In this document: piece after piece, positions 60,484-64,000 of the stretch
Position numbering within the stretch: position 1 is the first letter of the stretch
Layout of the letters: the number at the start of each line of letters is the position of its first letter
Assembly (NCBI GenBank): GCA_963730095.1
Contig: CAVSQJ010000002.1
Coordinates: 1,923,779 to 1,987,778, forward strand
Direction of reading: 5' to 3'
Source of the DNA: an uncultured Acidobacteriota bacterium
GTDB taxonomy: Bacteria; Acidobacteriota; Vicinamibacteria; Vicinamibacterales; SCN-69-37
Length of the DNA: 64,000 nucleotides
Made by a program: the position numbers and the translations under genes
The notes under the pieces: model-generated
The model's database searches: none
What the model saw: the letters and a program-made list of their open reading frames with translations, nothing else
Told to the model about the DNA's origin: nothing

Positions 60484-61298
60484 GACGTCGCCGGCCGCGC
60501 GGCCGAGGGCGGCTGAGGAAGCGCGGCGCCGCCGAACGCCGTACGCAGGCCACCGAGCAAATCGATCGGCAGGGGAAAGACAATCGTCGTGTTCTTCTCG
60601 GTGCCGATCTCGATCAGCGTCTGAAGGTAACGAAGCGTGATCGCGGCCGGCTCGCGGTCGAGCACCGCCGCCGCCTGCGCCAGCTTCTCGGACGCCTGAA
60701 ATTCGCCCTCGGCCGCGATGATCTTCGCCCGGCGCTCGCGCTCGGCCTCGGCCTGTTTCGCGATCGCCCGCTGCATCTCCTGCGGCAGATCGACCTGCTT
60801 GACCTGCACCTGCGTCACCTTCACGCCCCACGCCTCGGTGTGTTCGTCGAGGATCGTCTGCAGCCGCGCATTGAGTTTTTCCCGCTGCGACAGCAGGTCG
60901 TCGAGCTCGACCTCACCGAGCACCGAGCGCAGACTCGTCTGGGCCGCCTGCTCGACGGCGTAGCGATACGCTTCCACCTCGATGATCGCGCGCGTGGCGT
61001 TGAACACGTGGAAGTAGACGACGGCGTTCACTTTCAGCGACACGTTGTCGCGAGTGATGACGTCCTGCGGTGGCACGTCCCACGTCACGACGCGCAGCGA
61101 GACCCTGACGATCTTGTCAATCGGCCACAGGATGAGCACGAGCCCGGGGCCCTTCTCTTTCTTGAGCACCCGGCCCAGGCGAAAGACCACCGCCCGCTCG
61201 TACTCGCGGAGGATGTTGAGGCACCGGACAATCCAGATGAGAAACAGAAAAAGGACGAGCCCAGCCGTCGGCAGCAGTGTCGTCGTGATGGCGTCCAT
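60480..61298 (-). CDS. SPFH/Band-7 (stomatin-like) membrane protein
   Basis: 272 aa with an N-terminal TM, then ...[12 protein letters not shown]...[16 protein letters not shown]...[16 protein letters not shown].... Confidence 0.92.
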   Translation of the reverse strand: MDAITTTLLPTAGLVLFLFLIWIVRCLNILREYERAVVFRLGRVLKKEKGPGLVLILWPIDKIVRVSLRVVTWDVPPQDVITRDNVSLKVNAVVYFHVFNATRAIIEVEAYRYAVEQAAQTSLRSVLGEVELDDLLSQREKLNARLQTILDEHTEAWGVKVTQVQVKQVDLPQEMQRAIAKQAEAERERRAKIIAAEGEFQASEKLAQAAAVLDREPAAITLRYLQTLIEIGTEKNTTIVFPLPIDLLGGLRTAFGGAALPQPPSAARPATS

Positions 61299-61405
61299 TT
61301 CTCATCCAGCGTAGCGGGGCTTCCGGTTCGAAGCTGTGCAAGAGAGCACAGGCGGCTGGCGGCCCGATCCGGCATCGCGGCCGGGCCCGCGCGTCGGGTG
61401 GACGT

Positions 61406-62824
61406 TTAGCGATCGACGACCGACGCGACCAGGTCGTACCCCTTCGCGCCGGTGACCCGGACCGAGACCATCTGGCCTGACGCGAGCGTCGCCGGGTCGC
61501 AGTCGGAGAGGTACACGACGGCGTCGATGTCGGGCGCCTGGCCCTCGAGGCGGCCCTGCAGGACGAGCGGCGATTCGGGCGACGGGCCGTCGACCAGCAC
61601 GCGGACCGTCTCGCCGAGCCGAGTCTTGTGCTTGCGCGCGACGATGTGCTTCTGCAGGCGCATCACGCGGTCGCGGCGCGCGGCCTTGACGCCGGCCGGG
61701 ACGTCGTCGTCCAGCGCGTGCGCGCGGGTGCCTTCCTCGTGCGAGTACGTGAACACGCCGACGTGATCGAACTCGGTGGCGCGGACGAAATCGAGGAGCG
61801 CCTCGACGTCCTGCTCGGTCTCGCCGGGGAAGCCGACGATGAACGTCGTGCGAAGCGTCACGCCGGGCACGCGCGCGCGGATGCGCGCGAGCAGTTTGTC
61901 GTACGTTTCGCGATTCCCGGGCCTACGCATGCGACGGAGCACCTCGGCCGACGCGTGCTGCAGCGGCAGGTCGACGTACTTGCACACCTTCTCGCACTCC
62001 GCCATCGCGTCGAGGACGTCGTCGGTGATCGTCGTTGGGTAGAGGTAGAGCAGGCGGATCCACTCGAGGCCGTCGACGTCGTTGAGGCGGCGGAGCAGCC
62101 GGGCCAGCGCACCGCGCTCGCCGCGATCGATCCCGAAGAACGTCGTGTCCTGCGAAATCAACAGCAGCTCGCGCACGCCCTGTGCCGCCAGGCGCTCGGC
62201 CTCGACGACGATCGAATCCTCGTCGCGGCTGCGGTACGAGCCGCGCAGCGTCGGGATGATGCAGAACGCGCACGTGTAGTCACAGCCCTCCGCGACCTTC
62301 ACGTACGCGTAATGGCGCGGGGTCGTCAGCAGACGCGGAGTGCTGGCGTCGTAAAGATAGGTTGGTTCCGGAGGGTTCCCAGGGGTTCCTGGGGGTTCCA
62401 TTGGGTTCCGGTTCGCCTGCTTCAGCTCAGCGCGGGACTTGAAGAGCTGAAGGGGCGCCGCCGTTGAGCGAGCGGCTGTCGATCCGCCGATCGCGCCGAC
62501 GATTTCTGGCACCTCGCCTGTGCCCAGCACGACGTCGATCTCGGGAATCTCGGCCTTGAGCTGATCGCGATACCGCTCCGCCAGGCAGCCCGTGACGATG
62601 AGCCTGCGGCATGCGCCGTCGCGCTTGAGCTGCGCCATCTCGAGGATGGCGTTGATCGACTCCTCCTTGGCCTTGTCGATGAACGCGCAGGTGTTGACGA
62701 CGATCGCGTCAGCCTTCGTCGGCGTCGGCCGTGATCTCGTGCCCCGCGTCGCGCGCGAGACCGAGCATCACCTCGCCATCGACGAGGTTCTTGGGACAAC
62801 CGAGGGAGACGAAGCCTAGTTTCA
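61406..62824 (-). CDS. rimO: ribosomal protein S12 methylthiotransferase RimO; compensating frame breaks (~62712 surplus nt, ~62640 missing nt)
   Basis: The N-terminus MKLGFVSLGCPKNLVDGEVMLG...ADADE is in the same frame as ORF 61406-62638 (radical SAM CDYTCAFC, TRAM). The conserved ADAIVVNTCAFIDKAKEESINAIL between them is in another frame, with an in-frame TGA. Confidence 0.9.
62360..62416. repeat. degenerate GGGTTCC (GGAACCC on the sense strand) short tandem repeat inside rimO
   Basis: GGTTGGTTCC GGAGGGTTCCC AGGGGTTCCT GGGGGTTCCA TTGGGTTCC GGTTC. It encodes NRNPMEPPGTPGNPPEP, an in-frame insertion. Confidence 0.8.
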
Positions 62825-62850
62825 TGTGAAAAGCACGCGTCCGCGAAGGA

Positions 62851-64000
<1,150 letters not shown>

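Overview
A 64-kb, high-G+C (by eye, not computed) chromosomal segment from a Gram-negative-type bacterium. It is almost entirely core genes; the phylum cannot be fixed from the sequence alone.

Gene content in order:
- 3' part of the spc/alpha ribosomal cluster: adk-map-infA-rpmJ-rpsM-rpsK-rpsD-rpoA-rplQ.
- A lipoprotein, a PLP dehydratase, an FkbM methyltransferase and mltB.
- An EF-G paralogue.
- A Yip1-MacA-like adaptor-2x FtsX-type permease efflux operon.
- A type IV pilus block: OM barrel, pilB-pilT-pilC-pilA, a VKOR-DsbA fusion, an ABC transporter coupled to pilD, and three minor pilins.
- aroB, proS, an OmpA-family protein, tatAC, an S41 peptidase, smc, an M48 peptidase, a TPR/PMT-like protein and a cupredoxin.
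- The rimP-nusA-infB-DUF503-rbfA-nrnA-truB-rpsO-pnp block.
- A small signalling cluster (Crp, SYLF, histidine kinase, Csp, PAS-GGDEF), then SPFH plus a zinc ribbon, rimO and asnS (partial).

I found no rRNA, tRNA, CRISPR array, IS element or prophage.

The unusual signals are not in the genes:
1. At least 13 intergenic spacers carry lower-GC 7-9-nt tandem repeats, often as inverted arms forming long hairpins. One of them encloses a remnant that looks like a 23S-IVS/four-helix-bundle ORF.
2. A GGGTCTGACCC double-palindrome element is present four times, always sense-oriented inside translation operons.
3. There are 16 frame disruptions, confined to map, rpmJ, rpsD, mltB, the EF-G paralogue, pnp, infB, rimO and asnS, with none in the 34.5 kb between them. 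This most likely reflects assembly or consensus error.
4. The pilus block has several uncommon couplings.

All functional calls rest on motif recognition by eye. No database search was run.
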